Shown here in pieces: positions 18,186-27,350 of a DNA stretch of 52,009 nucleotides. The position numbers were made by a program, and so were the translations under genes. Source of the DNA: Candidatus Nanohaloarchaea archaeon (lineage in GTDB: Archaea; Nanohalarchaeota; Nanosalinia; Nanosalinales; Nanosalinaceae). Numbering within the stretch: the stretch's first letter is position 1; every line of letters begins with the position of its first letter. The notes beneath the pieces were generated by a model. It was not told where the DNA came from. It did no database searches and saw only the letters and a list, made by a program, of their open reading frames with translations. The DNA lies in NCBI GenBank assembly GCA_042218075.1, contig JBDGRK010000010.1:1-52009 (forward strand), written 5' to 3'.

Positions 18186-18593
18186 ATGGAGACAGATAAA
18201 AAAGACTATATTATGGCTGCAGCTATTCTGGTGGTTTCAGCGGCTCTAGGTTACGGTACCTCCTCACTGTCCGATCGGGGAGAGAAAATGTTCTCATCTG
18301 AATACAGCGTAGAGGTGAATTCCAGTAATGATGTCGCAAAAGTAGAGTTCGACAACAACTCAGTGGGCATACTATTCGAGGATTCAGCCGAGGCAAAGGT
18401 CTACCTTGACTACAACGGTGACGGCTCCTCTGACAGGCAGCTCAACCTCAGCTCTACCGGCTCTGAACAACTATTAACAGAGATAGTTACAATTGACAGG
18501 AAAAGCTACGAGTTCAGCTTCCGCTTCTTTGATAATCCGGAGATAACGGGCGAGGCATTCCTAGTGGTTGAAAGGATTGAAAGGATACAGTAG
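18186..18593 (+). CDS. Hypothetical membrane-anchored or secreted protein
   Basis: N-terminal hydrophobic helix and an acidic beta-rich remainder with a DYNGDG motif. Confidence 0.7.
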   Translation: METDKKDYIMAAAILVVSAALGYGTSSLSDRGEKMFSSEYSVEVNSSNDVAKVEFDNNSVGILFEDSAEAKVYLDYNGDGSSDRQLNLSSTGSEQLLTEIVTIDRKSYEFSFRFFDNPEITGEAFLVVERIERIQ

Positions 18594-18688
18594 ACATTTA
18601 CCGGGATGAAACAGTTTTTCAGAACCTGTAAGTGCTCACACATCTTTTTATGACTGGAAGAACTAATAATTAAGTCCGGGGGGGATTT

Positions 18689-18823
18689 ATGCATAAAGTT
18701 TCAGACAAGCTTGGAGTCTGTCTAATCTGTGGCGACAGGGTTTTCAGCGACGAGAACCACCTGAAAGCCACCGAAGGCTACTGCCACCACAGCTGCCTGA
18801 CAGATGCAAGCGTTATGGTTTGA
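18689..18823 (+). CDS. 44-aa zinc-finger microprotein (CxxC...HxxC; not in ORF track)
   Basis: MHKVSDKLGVCLICGDRVFSDENHLKATEGYCHHSCLTDASVMV, preceded by a G-run SD. Confidence 0.7.
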   Translation: MHKVSDKLGVCLICGDRVFSDENHLKATEGYCHHSCLTDASVMV

Positions 18824-18842
18824 TCAAGGCGAAGATCAAAAC

Positions 18843-20324
18843 TTACTCGATTCCGTAGAGAGGTTCGTATTTCTCTTCGATGTAATCAAGGAAATGATCC
18901 ACGTTTAACTCTTCACCTGTGGCTTCTTCGATAAGGTTGTCCGTCGGGCGTATTTTCGCCTTCCTATGTATATTCTCCTTCAGCCACTCTCTTATTTCAC
19001 TAAATCTCCCTTCACTGATTTTCTCACCTATATTATCTATATCGTTCTCCATCGAATTGTATATCTGGGCCGAGATTATTATTCCCTCCGAATATGTCGG
19101 GAAGTATCCAAAACTGCCCTGATACCAGTGTATATCCTGCAATACACCTTTATTTGGATTTTCAGGCCTAATACCCATAAAATTTTCCATAATATCTCGC
19201 CATTTCTCCTGGAGTTCACCAACTTCTAAATCACCGTTAATTAGCTGTCTTTCCAGTTTCAATCTAAGAAATATGTGCAGATGGTAGGTTAGCTCATCTG
19301 CTTCGACCCTTATAGGGTTATCCGGCTTTATTCTATTGACGTATCTGTAGAGTTCTTCCTGATCTTCTCGGTCAAAAACATCGTAGTTTTCCGTGAGATA
19401 CTTTGCAAAATATCTCGATCTTGCTATATGGTTCTCCCATATAGTGGATTGAGATTCATGGAATCCAATCTCTCTTGACTGGCCGGTAGGAAGCCCATAG
19501 TTTTCCTCCGGCAAATTCATCTGGTAAAGCGCGTGTCCGAATTCATGAATTGTGGGCATCAGAGATTTTGAGACATCATTTTCATCGAACCTTGTGGTAA
19601 TTCTTACATCAAACTGGTTTCCGGCGGTGAAAGGGTGCTCGGAGGTATCAAGCCTGCCTCTTTCCCAGTCATACCCAAGCTTGTCTACTATCTCTCTGTT
19701 CAGATCCACCTGTTTTTCTTCCGGAACACTCTTCTCGAAAATATTTTCCGGGCTGACATTACTATCCCTAATCTTCTCCAGCAGATTCGTGAGCCGATCC
19801 TTCAGCCTTTCAAGGTTCTCCTCCATCAGCTCGAATTGGAGATAAGGTTCGTAATCCCTGAAGAGAACTTTATAAGGCTCTTCATCAGGATTGATCTGTT
19901 CTGCGTACTCTCTTTTAAGTTCTACAAGCTCTTTCAAATCCTCCTTCACCACATCAAAATCTTCCTGCTCTCTGGCTTTCTTCCAGCTTTCAAGAGTCTC
20001 TGAAGACTTTGATGAGATTTTCTCTATGAGTTCCTGATCTACTTTCTTGGCCCTCTCGTGCTCCCTCTTAATTTCTCTGTATGTTGCCCTTTCTTCCTTC
20101 TCAAGCTCATCCGCGTTTGTCAATTCCAATAAATCTGAAAGCTCATCAGAGACGATAATCCGGTGTTTTAATCCGGAAATTGTAGAAAGCTGTTGTTTCC
20201 TGGCCTCAATTCCCTTTTCCGGCATCATCACCTCCTGATCCCAGTGGAGAACTTCATGGATCTCGAAAAGGTTTGAGATTTTTCTCGCTTTATCCTCAAG
20301 TTTCCTGATAGGATCTTCCGACAT
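18843..20324 (-). CDS. Carboxypeptidase, family M32
   Basis: HPF, DVRITT, HEFGHALY, HESQS, IRVEADE, LQDIHW, GYFPTY. Start at ATG 20324. Confidence 0.95.
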   Translation of the reverse strand: MSEDPIRKLEDKARKISNLFEIHEVLHWDQEVMMPEKGIEARKQQLSTISGLKHRIIVSDELSDLLELTNADELEKEERATYREIKREHERAKKVDQELIEKISSKSSETLESWKKAREQEDFDVVKEDLKELVELKREYAEQINPDEEPYKVLFRDYEPYLQFELMEENLERLKDRLTNLLEKIRDSNVSPENIFEKSVPEEKQVDLNREIVDKLGYDWERGRLDTSEHPFTAGNQFDVRITTRFDENDVSKSLMPTIHEFGHALYQMNLPEENYGLPTGQSREIGFHESQSTIWENHIARSRYFAKYLTENYDVFDREDQEELYRYVNRIKPDNPIRVEADELTYHLHIFLRLKLERQLINGDLEVGELQEKWRDIMENFMGIRPENPNKGVLQDIHWYQGSFGYFPTYSEGIIISAQIYNSMENDIDNIGEKISEGRFSEIREWLKENIHRKAKIRPTDNLIEEATGEELNVDHFLDYIEEKYEPLYGIE

Positions 20325-20376
20325 ATTCAATTCTGGTTTCACCAGCCTTAAATTGATTCTGAGGCCTGATTTAGAT

Positions 20377-21507
20377 ATGGAGTCAACAGAAGATAAACGG
20401 ATCAAGAAATTCGCAACTACTCTGATAGAAAGAAATAATATCGAGAAAGGTGATCGTGTTTATCTGCTGGCAAAGTCGCTCGAAGCTCTACCTCTGTTCG
20501 AGGAAGTCAGGAGACAGCTTTTCCTGTTAGGTGCTCATCCGCAGGAACACCTTCTGTATGACTGCCAGAATGGCTACGATGCGATGGATCACGACTACCT
20601 GAAGTACTCTTCAGAAGAGGATCTGCAGAAGAGTTCCCGGATCAGAATGAACGAGATGGAGGAAGTCGATGCCTACATCAGGATTGGGGGAGAGACCAAC
20701 CACCAAGAACTTTCGGACATAGACCCGGAGAAGATTTCAATGGTCAAGGAGGCGAACAGGGAGATCAAGATGGAGAGGTTCAGGAAGAAATGGATAGCGA
20801 CAAGGTTCCCGACTTCAGGCTTTGCCCAGAGAGCAGGGATGTCGACACAGGAGATGGAAAATTTTATTTTCAGGGCTGTAAATGCAACTGACTGGGATAG
20901 GATGAAAAAGAAGAACAGTGCGATCAAGAAAAGGTTTGACCGTGGTGAGAAAGTCAGGATTTTGTCGGAGGATACGGATATCGAGTTCAGCATAGAGGGT
21001 AGAGAAGGGATTAATAGTCATGGGAGAAGAAACATGCCGGATGGGGAGGTTTACTACGCGCCGAGAAAGTACTCAGTGGAAGGCGAGATCAATTTTACCT
21101 ATACCGGAGTTCTGAACGGTCAGGAAGTCGAAGATGTCAGCCTGGAGTTTGAAGATGGAAAGATCGTGGAGTTCGACTGCAGAACCAATAGAGAGTTCCT
21201 GGAATCGATGATCAACTCGGATGAAGGATCGAGATACCTTGGGGAGTTCGGCATCGGAACAAACCCCTACATACAGAGATTTGTAAAATCCACGATGCTG
21301 GATGAAAAGATAGCAGGATCAATTCATCTAGCTGTTGGGAACGCCTATGAGATGACTGTAGATGAAGGTGAAAGAAATGACTCGGCGATCCACTGGGACT
21401 TGATCAAGGACCTGAGGGATAAGAAAGACGGCGGAAAGATAATTCTAGATGGCGAAACTGTGCAAGAAGATGGCGAATGGCTCTTCGATGTCCCGGAGTT
21501 AAACTAG
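20377..21507 (+). CDS. Aminopeptidase, family M29
   Basis: NMPDGEVY, GEFGIG, LDEKIAGSIHLAVG, SAIHWD. Start at ATG 20377. Confidence 0.93.
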   Translation: MESTEDKRIKKFATTLIERNNIEKGDRVYLLAKSLEALPLFEEVRRQLFLLGAHPQEHLLYDCQNGYDAMDHDYLKYSSEEDLQKSSRIRMNEMEEVDAYIRIGGETNHQELSDIDPEKISMVKEANREIKMERFRKKWIATRFPTSGFAQRAGMSTQEMENFIFRAVNATDWDRMKKKNSAIKKRFDRGEKVRILSEDTDIEFSIEGREGINSHGRRNMPDGEVYYAPRKYSVEGEINFTYTGVLNGQEVEDVSLEFEDGKIVEFDCRTNREFLESMINSDEGSRYLGEFGIGTNPYIQRFVKSTMLDEKIAGSIHLAVGNAYEMTVDEGERNDSAIHWDLIKDLRDKKDGGKIILDGETVQEDGEWLFDVPELN

Positions 21508-23274
21508 TTTCTCTGCTCTTTCAAGGTAGTCCTCGAAAACGGAAAGAGCCTGATCGTAAGGTTCATCCGAAGCCAGGTCGACTCCCGCGTTCCTGACCAT
21601 CTCCACTGGATACTCGCTCCCGCCCTTCCGAAGCATATCCATATACCTTTCTCTTTTCCCATCCATTATTCTCTCGCCAAATGCTATCCCGGCAGTCACA
21701 CCGGTCGAGTACTGGAAGACGTAGAAGTTCCAGGTAAAGAAGTGGTGGATCCTCATCCACTCAGATTTAATCCTCTCATCCACCTCTACATTCCGGAAGA
21801 ATTTATTCTTTAATTCCCCGTATCTGTCATTGATCTCTGAACTCGTCAGCGAACCTTTATCCTCCACCTCCTCATGCATCCATTTTTCCAGCTGGGAGAA
21901 CATGGCCTGCCTGAAGAAAGTGTTCCTGAAGTTGTCCAAGAAATGTCCAAGAACCTTCAATTTTAGTTCCCTGCTTTCAAGATTGTCCAGCAGATGTTCC
22001 GTGAGTAAAACTTCATTCGTGGTTGAAGCTATCTCTGCTACATAGGTTGAATAATTGCTCTTGACATATGGCTGGTTCCTGCAGGTGAAAAGTGAATGCA
22101 TCGAATGGCCCATCTCGTGGGCGAGGGTATACATTGAATCGATATCGTCCTGGTAGTTCATCAGTATGTAGGGATCGGAATCATAGGTTCCTCCCGAAAA
22201 CGCACCTGATCTCTTGCCTTTGTTCTCGTAAACATCTATCCATCCGGAATCGATCCCCGCCTCCATCTCTCGGGTATAATCTTCACCAAGAACCGATAGA
22301 GCACTGCTGACCTTATTTCTTGCCTCGCTGTAACCGATCTCCTCGTCTGATTCCGAGAGCGGCATGTAGATGTCCCAGAAGTTCATCTGCTCTACATCCA
22401 GTGCCTTCCTCTTCAACTCAACGAATCTCTGAAGAAGATCCAGGTTATTATCCGCCTTCTCATTGAGGTGGCTGTATATTGAAACTGGAATATTCTCCCT
22501 GTCGAGAGCCGCCTCCTGGGCCGAGCCGTAATTCCGCATTTCCGCAAGTCTTACATTCTTCTTGACCTCCTTCTCTATCGTCGAGCCTATAGTGCTATCA
22601 TACTCTCTTATCCTATCGTAAAATTTACGATAAACTTTCTCCCTGAAATCCCTGTCGCTGTCGCGCTGAAGTTTTGTGAAGTTGCTGGTGGTTATCTCCA
22701 TTTCCTCTCCTTCTCTCTCGACACTGGGAAAAGTCAGGTCTGCATTCATGAAGGCGGAGTAAATCTCGCTGGAGGAAGAAAAAACCTCTCCAAGATTTGC
22801 GATGGCTTTTTCAAGTTCTCTGCTCAAAATATGCTCTTCCCTCCTGAAAATGTTGTCAAGCTTGTGATCGTATTTCTCAAGCTCGCCTTTCTCCCCGAAG
22901 AAACTCTCCAGCTCTGATCTATCCCACTCCAGCACCTGAGGCTTTATAAAGCTTGAAGCCTTCTTGAAATTGGTTTTCAGCGATCTAGCCCTTGAAAGCC
23001 TTGCCTTGGCATCGTCCCTCCTCATGTCTTCCTGATAGCTCATTCTGGCGTAAACCACCAGATCATCAAGTGTCCTGGATAACCTGTCATAGAGCTTGAA
23101 AGCCTCAAGAACTTTTTCTTCTGAATCAGAAAGTTCTCCCTCCAGATCCTTCAACTTCTCGAATTCCTCCTTCACCCGCTCGAAATCTTTCTCCCACTCA
23201 TCGAAGGAATCGTAGAGAGAACTCTTGTCCCATTTGAACCTGTCATCGATTTCCTCCCTCTCCTTCACTTCCAT
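21499..23274 (-). CDS. pepF: Oligoendopeptidase F (M3B)
   Basis: WIDVYENKGKRSGAFS, PYILMNY, HEMGHSMH, AEIAST, WMRIHHF. Confidence 0.95.
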   Translation of the reverse strand: MEVKEREEIDDRFKWDKSSLYDSFDEWEKDFERVKEEFEKLKDLEGELSDSEEKVLEAFKLYDRLSRTLDDLVVYARMSYQEDMRRDDAKARLSRARSLKTNFKKASSFIKPQVLEWDRSELESFFGEKGELEKYDHKLDNIFRREEHILSRELEKAIANLGEVFSSSSEIYSAFMNADLTFPSVEREGEEMEITTSNFTKLQRDSDRDFREKVYRKFYDRIREYDSTIGSTIEKEVKKNVRLAEMRNYGSAQEAALDRENIPVSIYSHLNEKADNNLDLLQRFVELKRKALDVEQMNFWDIYMPLSESDEEIGYSEARNKVSSALSVLGEDYTREMEAGIDSGWIDVYENKGKRSGAFSGGTYDSDPYILMNYQDDIDSMYTLAHEMGHSMHSLFTCRNQPYVKSNYSTYVAEIASTTNEVLLTEHLLDNLESRELKLKVLGHFLDNFRNTFFRQAMFSQLEKWMHEEVEDKGSLTSSEINDRYGELKNKFFRNVEVDERIKSEWMRIHHFFTWNFYVFQYSTGVTAGIAFGERIMDGKRERYMDMLRKGGSEYPVEMVRNAGVDLASDEPYDQALSVFEDYLERAEKLV

Positions 23275-23299
23275 ATCAATAGCTCAGGATGGAGAATTT

Positions 23300-23488
23300 T
23301 TAACTCTGTTCTCGGTTTCTCCTCTTCAATATCCCGAAGACGAGGTAATAGATTACGGTTATCCCGAACGAAACCTTCACCGCTGAAATGCCATGTTGCG
23401 ATTGAAGGTAGAGCGGAACCGCTATCCACAGAATTATCATTAGAGCTCCGACCGATATTCTCAGTTTTTCCAGATTGTTGAAATCCAT
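23300..23488 (-). CDS. Small two-TM membrane protein
   Basis: 62-aa ORF with two hydrophobic helices and a basic tail, filling the gap upstream of pepF. Confidence 0.6.
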   Translation of the reverse strand: MDFNNLEKLRISVGALMIILWIAVPLYLQSQHGISAVKVSFGITVIYYLVFGILKRRNREQS

Positions 23489-23543
23489 GGTACCGAATAA
23501 AGAATATGAAATCGTTAAAAGTTAACTCAGAAATTCCCTGACA

Positions 23544-24170
23544 ATGAGCTACCACGATCTCTGCCTCAGAGATACAAATGAAGGGATGAAAGAACTCGGT
23601 AAAGAACTCGGCTGGAGCGAGGAAAGCCTTGAACTTGAAAGAGTTTTCCTTGAGGCGGAGGACTGGGGAGAGCTGAAGAGAAAGATCGGTGAGAGAAGGG
23701 AGGAAGCGGATGTGCTTATCTTCTGTGGTGGAGACGAGACACTCAACCGGAAGGCGGCCTCGGATTCTAGAATGGATGTGCTACTGCATCCTGAAAAAGG
23801 GAGGAAGGATTCGGGAATAAATCACGTAATAGCTAGGGAAGCTTCAGATAATGGCGTAGCTATAGGATTTGACTTCAGTATGATGAAAGCCTCAAGAAAG
23901 AAGAGAAGCCATATAACCAGGCACTGGAGCAAGAACCTGATGCTCTGCGGTAAATATGATGCGCCTTTCATTATAACGAGTGGAGCCGATGAAAAATGGA
24001 AAATGAGAGCTCCTGAAGACCTTGCTCCAGTCCTAAATTCTCTTAACGATTCTATAGAGGGAATGGAAGCAGTTAAGGAAAATCCCGGAAAGATAATTGA
24101 GAGATCAAGGGAAAGAGAATCGGAAGATTTTGTGAGGCCTGGAGAAAAGATAAGAGGTGGTGAAGAGTGA
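23544..24170 (+). CDS. rnp3: Ribonuclease P protein Rpp30
   Basis: GGDETLNRKA, DVLLHP, INHVIAREA, ITSGA and MRAPEDL; adjacent to Pop5. Confidence 0.9.
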   Translation: MSYHDLCLRDTNEGMKELGKELGWSEESLELERVFLEAEDWGELKRKIGERREEADVLIFCGGDETLNRKAASDSRMDVLLHPEKGRKDSGINHVIAREASDNGVAIGFDFSMMKASRKKRSHITRHWSKNLMLCGKYDAPFIITSGADEKWKMRAPEDLAPVLNSLNDSIEGMEAVKENPGKIIERSRERESEDFVRPGEKIRGGEE

Positions 24171-24493
24171 AGCCGCTTCCGCCGACTCTGAGAGAGAAAA
24201 CCAGGTACATGAAGTTCAGGATTTACTCCAGGGAAGAAGTTGAGTTCGGAGAGTTAGTTGAAGAAGTCTGGGAAGCATTACTACAACATCTGGGTTCGAA
24301 AGGGGCTGGAGAAGCCAGCATCTGGATAATGAAGAATCAGTTCGATGAGGATAAACAGGAGGGAGTGATCAAGATTAGAAGGGAGAGAGAAGAAGATGTT
24401 AGGACAGCCCTCACCCTGATCGACAACTTCAATAGAAAGAAAGGCTTTCTGGAGATTACTGGAGTTTCAGGCAGCATAAAGAAGCTGGGCTAG
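24167..24493 (+). CDS. rnp2: Ribonuclease P protein Pop5
   Basis: KPLPPTLREKTRY and GVSGSIKK; GTGA overlap with rnp3. Confidence 0.92.
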   Translation: MKPLPPTLREKTRYMKFRIYSREEVEFGELVEEVWEALLQHLGSKGAGEASIWIMKNQFDEDKQEGVIKIRREREEDVRTALTLIDNFNRKKGFLEITGVSGSIKKLG

Positions 24494-24639
24494 TTTCAAT
24501 TTACAGTTTATATAGAAGTTTCAGAGCTCGATTCTTTCCTATCCAGAGAGCCTGTGACCGAACCCTTTAAAAGAGTTGGTTTTATAAATCAAATAAACCT
24601 TCATTTATAAACGAGATGATTCTCAAAACGTGATCAAAA

Positions 24640-25200
24640 ATGAGCGAAGACGCATTCGAAGACGAAAACATCAAGATTGAAAACGTGGTCGCCTCCACAA
24701 CCCTCGACAGGCGGATGCCTCTCGACAGGATAGCGATCTACCTCGAAAACACTGAATACGAACCAGAGCAGTTCCCGGGACTCGTGTATCGGCTTGAAGA
24801 GCCCAAGGCAGCAGCACTTCTCTTCGGTTCCGGGAAAGTTGTGTGCACAGGAACTCAGTCACCTGACCAGGCGAAAGAAGCAGTCCACAAGATCATCGAT
24901 GAGCTGAAAGAGGCCGAAGTAGAGATAGAGACAAAGCCAGACATTACAGTGCAGAACATGGTTGCCAGTTCCGAGCTTGACAAGACACTCAACCTGAACA
25001 GGATCGCCTTCGAGCTGGTGGGTACAGAGTACGAGCCGGAGCAGTTCCCGGGACTGGTATACAGGATCGATGAACCGAAGGTTGTGTTCCTTCTGTTCAG
25101 CTCGGGCAGGATTGTCTGCACAGGCGGACGAACCTACGACGACGTGGAGAACGGCATCAACACACTCAAGGAGAACCTCCGGGAGATCGGGGCTCTCTAG
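24640..25200 (+). CDS. tbp: TATA-box-binding protein
   Basis: Two repeats with ENVVAS/QNMVAS, YEPEQFPGLVYR and LFxSGK/R.VCTG. Confidence 0.98.
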   Translation: MSEDAFEDENIKIENVVASTTLDRRMPLDRIAIYLENTEYEPEQFPGLVYRLEEPKAAALLFGSGKVVCTGTQSPDQAKEAVHKIIDELKEAEVEIETKPDITVQNMVASSELDKTLNLNRIAFELVGTEYEPEQFPGLVYRIDEPKVVFLLFSSGRIVCTGGRTYDDVENGINTLKENLREIGAL

Positions 25201-25225
25201 ATTTTTCCCTTTCATTTTCATTCCT

Positions 25226-25672
25226 ATGGCTGAATTCATCTGCGGTACAAGAGTAATATGCAGGAACGAAGATTCTGAAATACTGATGGTTAGAGAAGGG
25301 CAGGAGAAACACAGGGGCAAATGGGACTTCCCGGGTGGCGGACTCGAACACGATGAGACGGTAAAAGAATCCGCTGAAAGGGAAGTAAAGGAGGAAACAG
25401 GCTTTTTAGTGGAATCAAACGGTTTCTACGGTTGCTATATGGTTGACGAAGACCTGGGAACGCCCGCAATTGCGTTCCTGGTTTCAGCGGAAAATGTCGG
25501 AAAGGGAGAGAAAAAGATGGATGCCGAGGAAGAGATCATAGAACACGGATTCTTCAGCCCGGTGGAAATCAGGAAACTCGAGATCAGGCAGCCAAGCAGG
25601 TTGAAAATGCTTGAAGATGTTCTCACAAAGGAACCAATCGATATCGATAGGATTAAAGATTTGAGACCTTAA
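25226..25672 (+). CDS. NUDIX hydrolase
   Basis: PGGGLEHDETVKESAEREVKEETG Nudix box. Start at ATG 25226. Confidence 0.9.
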   Translation: MAEFICGTRVICRNEDSEILMVREGQEKHRGKWDFPGGGLEHDETVKESAEREVKEETGFLVESNGFYGCYMVDEDLGTPAIAFLVSAENVGKGEKKMDAEEEIIEHGFFSPVEIRKLEIRQPSRLKMLEDVLTKEPIDIDRIKDLRP

Positions 25673-26139
25673 AAATCTTCCAGTAAGTATTTTACTGCTT
25701 CTATTCCCGCTCTTCTCACATTTTCGGGAATTTTTTCCAGCTCTTCCAATTCTTGCCTCGAAAACCATTCAATACCATCATGTTCGTGGAAGTGAGACGC
25801 ATCCTGCTCGGACTTCTTAGTGGCAAGGTAGAGCATGCTATAGTGCCAGTGGCCGTCTCTTATCTGGTGAAGGTTGACGCTGAAAGGTCTCGGAAGATCA
25901 AAGGATTTCTCTTCGTAACTTGTATCTGGAACAAAATCAGGATGAAACTCAGGTTGGATCCCGGTTTCCTCAAGAGTTTCCCTTATAGCTGTCTCCTCAA
26001 GCGTCTCTGCCTCTTCAACGTGTCCGCCGGGCTGTAGCCACATACCAAGCTTTGAGTGCTTCATCAGCAATAGTTTTCCATCCTCCACCACCAGACATCC
26101 AGCCGTGAAGTCTCTATCAGCGTCATCCGGAACTCTCAT
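25669..26139 (-). CDS. NUDIX hydrolase
   Basis: HSKLGMWLQPGGHVE...AIRETLEETG. Start at ATG 26139. Confidence 0.9.
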   Translation of the reverse strand: MRVPDDADRDFTAGCLVVEDGKLLLMKHSKLGMWLQPGGHVEEAETLEETAIRETLEETGIQPEFHPDFVPDTSYEEKSFDLPRPFSVNLHQIRDGHWHYSMLYLATKKSEQDASHFHEHDGIEWFSRQELEELEKIPENVRRAGIEAVKYLLEDF

Positions 26140-26215
26140 ATCACATTGCTTTCCTCCAGACTTGAAATAAATGAACCCACAAGGTATAAGTAAACATTGC
26201 AAACATAGTATACAC

Positions 26216-26506
26216 ATGACAAGCGTGTCCGCAAGAATACCTGAATCCCTCGAAGAGGAGCTGGATGAGTTCGTGGAGGAAGAAAAGCTGGACAAGAGTA
26301 CCGCGATCCGGAAGCTGATATCCGAAGGGATTGAGAACTGGAGGCAGGAAAAAGCCCTGGAGATGCTGGAAAAAGGAGAAACAACTTTCAGCAGAGCAGC
26401 GGAGATAGCAGGAATGGATCAGTGGAGCTTCTCAAACCTTCTGAAAGAGAGAGAAATCCAGTGGGTGAAGGACGATCATGCGAGAGAAGACCTCGAAAAA
26501 TTCTGA
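26216..26506 (+). CDS. UPF0175 family putative antitoxin (RHH plus HTH)
   Basis: SVSARIP...KSTAIRKLI and TFSRAAEIAGM, upstream of a PIN-like gene. Start at ATG 26216. Confidence 0.85.
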   Translation: MTSVSARIPESLEEELDEFVEEEKLDKSTAIRKLISEGIENWRQEKALEMLEKGETTFSRAAEIAGMDQWSFSNLLKEREIQWVKDDHAREDLEKF

Positions 26507-26999
26507 AAAACTGGTCTTCGACGCGACTCCACTGATCTATCTTTCAAAAATAGATTACCTGGAGAAACTCGATCAGCTGGGAACTGAAAAGATTATACCG
26601 GAGAAAGTGTTCAGCGAAGTAGTTGAAGAGGGAAAACAATCAGGAGAGGTTGATGCAGAGAGGATTGGAAAAGCAGTGGAGGAGGGAAGTTTCCGTGTTG
26701 AAGAAGCAGAGATAAATGAAGAACACGACAAGTTGAGCAGAGCCGATCTCCAGGTTCTTGAAATTGCGGAGAAAGAAGACGGGATCGCGGTCATGGATGA
26801 ACAGTACGGGAGAAATATTGCGGAAGTCGAGGATATAGAAACCAGAGGCACAGCCTACCTTGTACTCAGAATCCTTAAGCAGGAAATCATAGATATGAAA
26901 GAGGCAAAAAATGCAATAGATGAAATAATAGACGAGGGATGGTACTGCTCAACCTCTCTATACAAGGATATAATAGCTAAAATCAAAGAGATCGAGTAG
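26478..26999 (+). CDS. DUF3368 / PIN-domain putative toxin
   Basis: VFDATPLIYL, IPEKVFSEV, LSRAD, MDEQYGR, GTAYLV. Confidence 0.85.
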   Translation: MREKTSKNSEKLVFDATPLIYLSKIDYLEKLDQLGTEKIIPEKVFSEVVEEGKQSGEVDAERIGKAVEEGSFRVEEAEINEEHDKLSRADLQVLEIAEKEDGIAVMDEQYGRNIAEVEDIETRGTAYLVLRILKQEIIDMKEAKNAIDEIIDEGWYCSTSLYKDIIAKIKEIE

Positions 27000-27299
27000 T
27001 CAATCCCACTTGATTTTCCTGACTTTCTCCTCGATCCTCTCCGCCAGTTCAAAATCTTTCTCGGTTATTCCGTTCTCCTCATGGGACCAGAGATCTATCT
27101 CCACGGCGCCGTACTCCACCTTGACTTCAGGGTGGTGGAACTCTTCCTCTGCGAGAGAGAACACACAGTTCGCGAAGAACACAGCTTCCCTGTAGTCATC
27201 GAACTCCACCCTTGTTACCAGCTTCTCCATCTCATAACCCCAGATTTCAAGCTCATCCAGTCGTTCATCAACTTCTTCAGAATCAAGTTTTTCTGCCAT
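27000..27299 (-). CDS. Pterin-4-alpha-carbinolamine dehydratase family protein
   Basis: AEEEFHHPEV, WSHEENGITEKDFELA. Confidence 0.9.
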   Translation of the reverse strand: MAEKLDSEEVDERLDELEIWGYEMEKLVTRVEFDDYREAVFFANCVFSLAEEEFHHPEVKVEYGAVEIDLWSHEENGITEKDFELAERIEEKVRKIKWD

Positions 27300-27350
27300 A
27301 ATCTTCTAGAATTCGAGAACTTTTTCACTCTTTCCAACCAAAATAAAATC

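Noticed and set aside
24670-25130. Direct DNA repeat (GAGCAGTTCCCGGGACT twice) in tbp
   Set aside because: Explained by the normal internal two-fold repeat of TBP.
27081-27350. 90-codon N-terminal extension of the MCM ORF in the track
   Set aside because: It is the antisense of the pterin dehydratase gene. MCM-like acidic sequence begins at ATG 27351.
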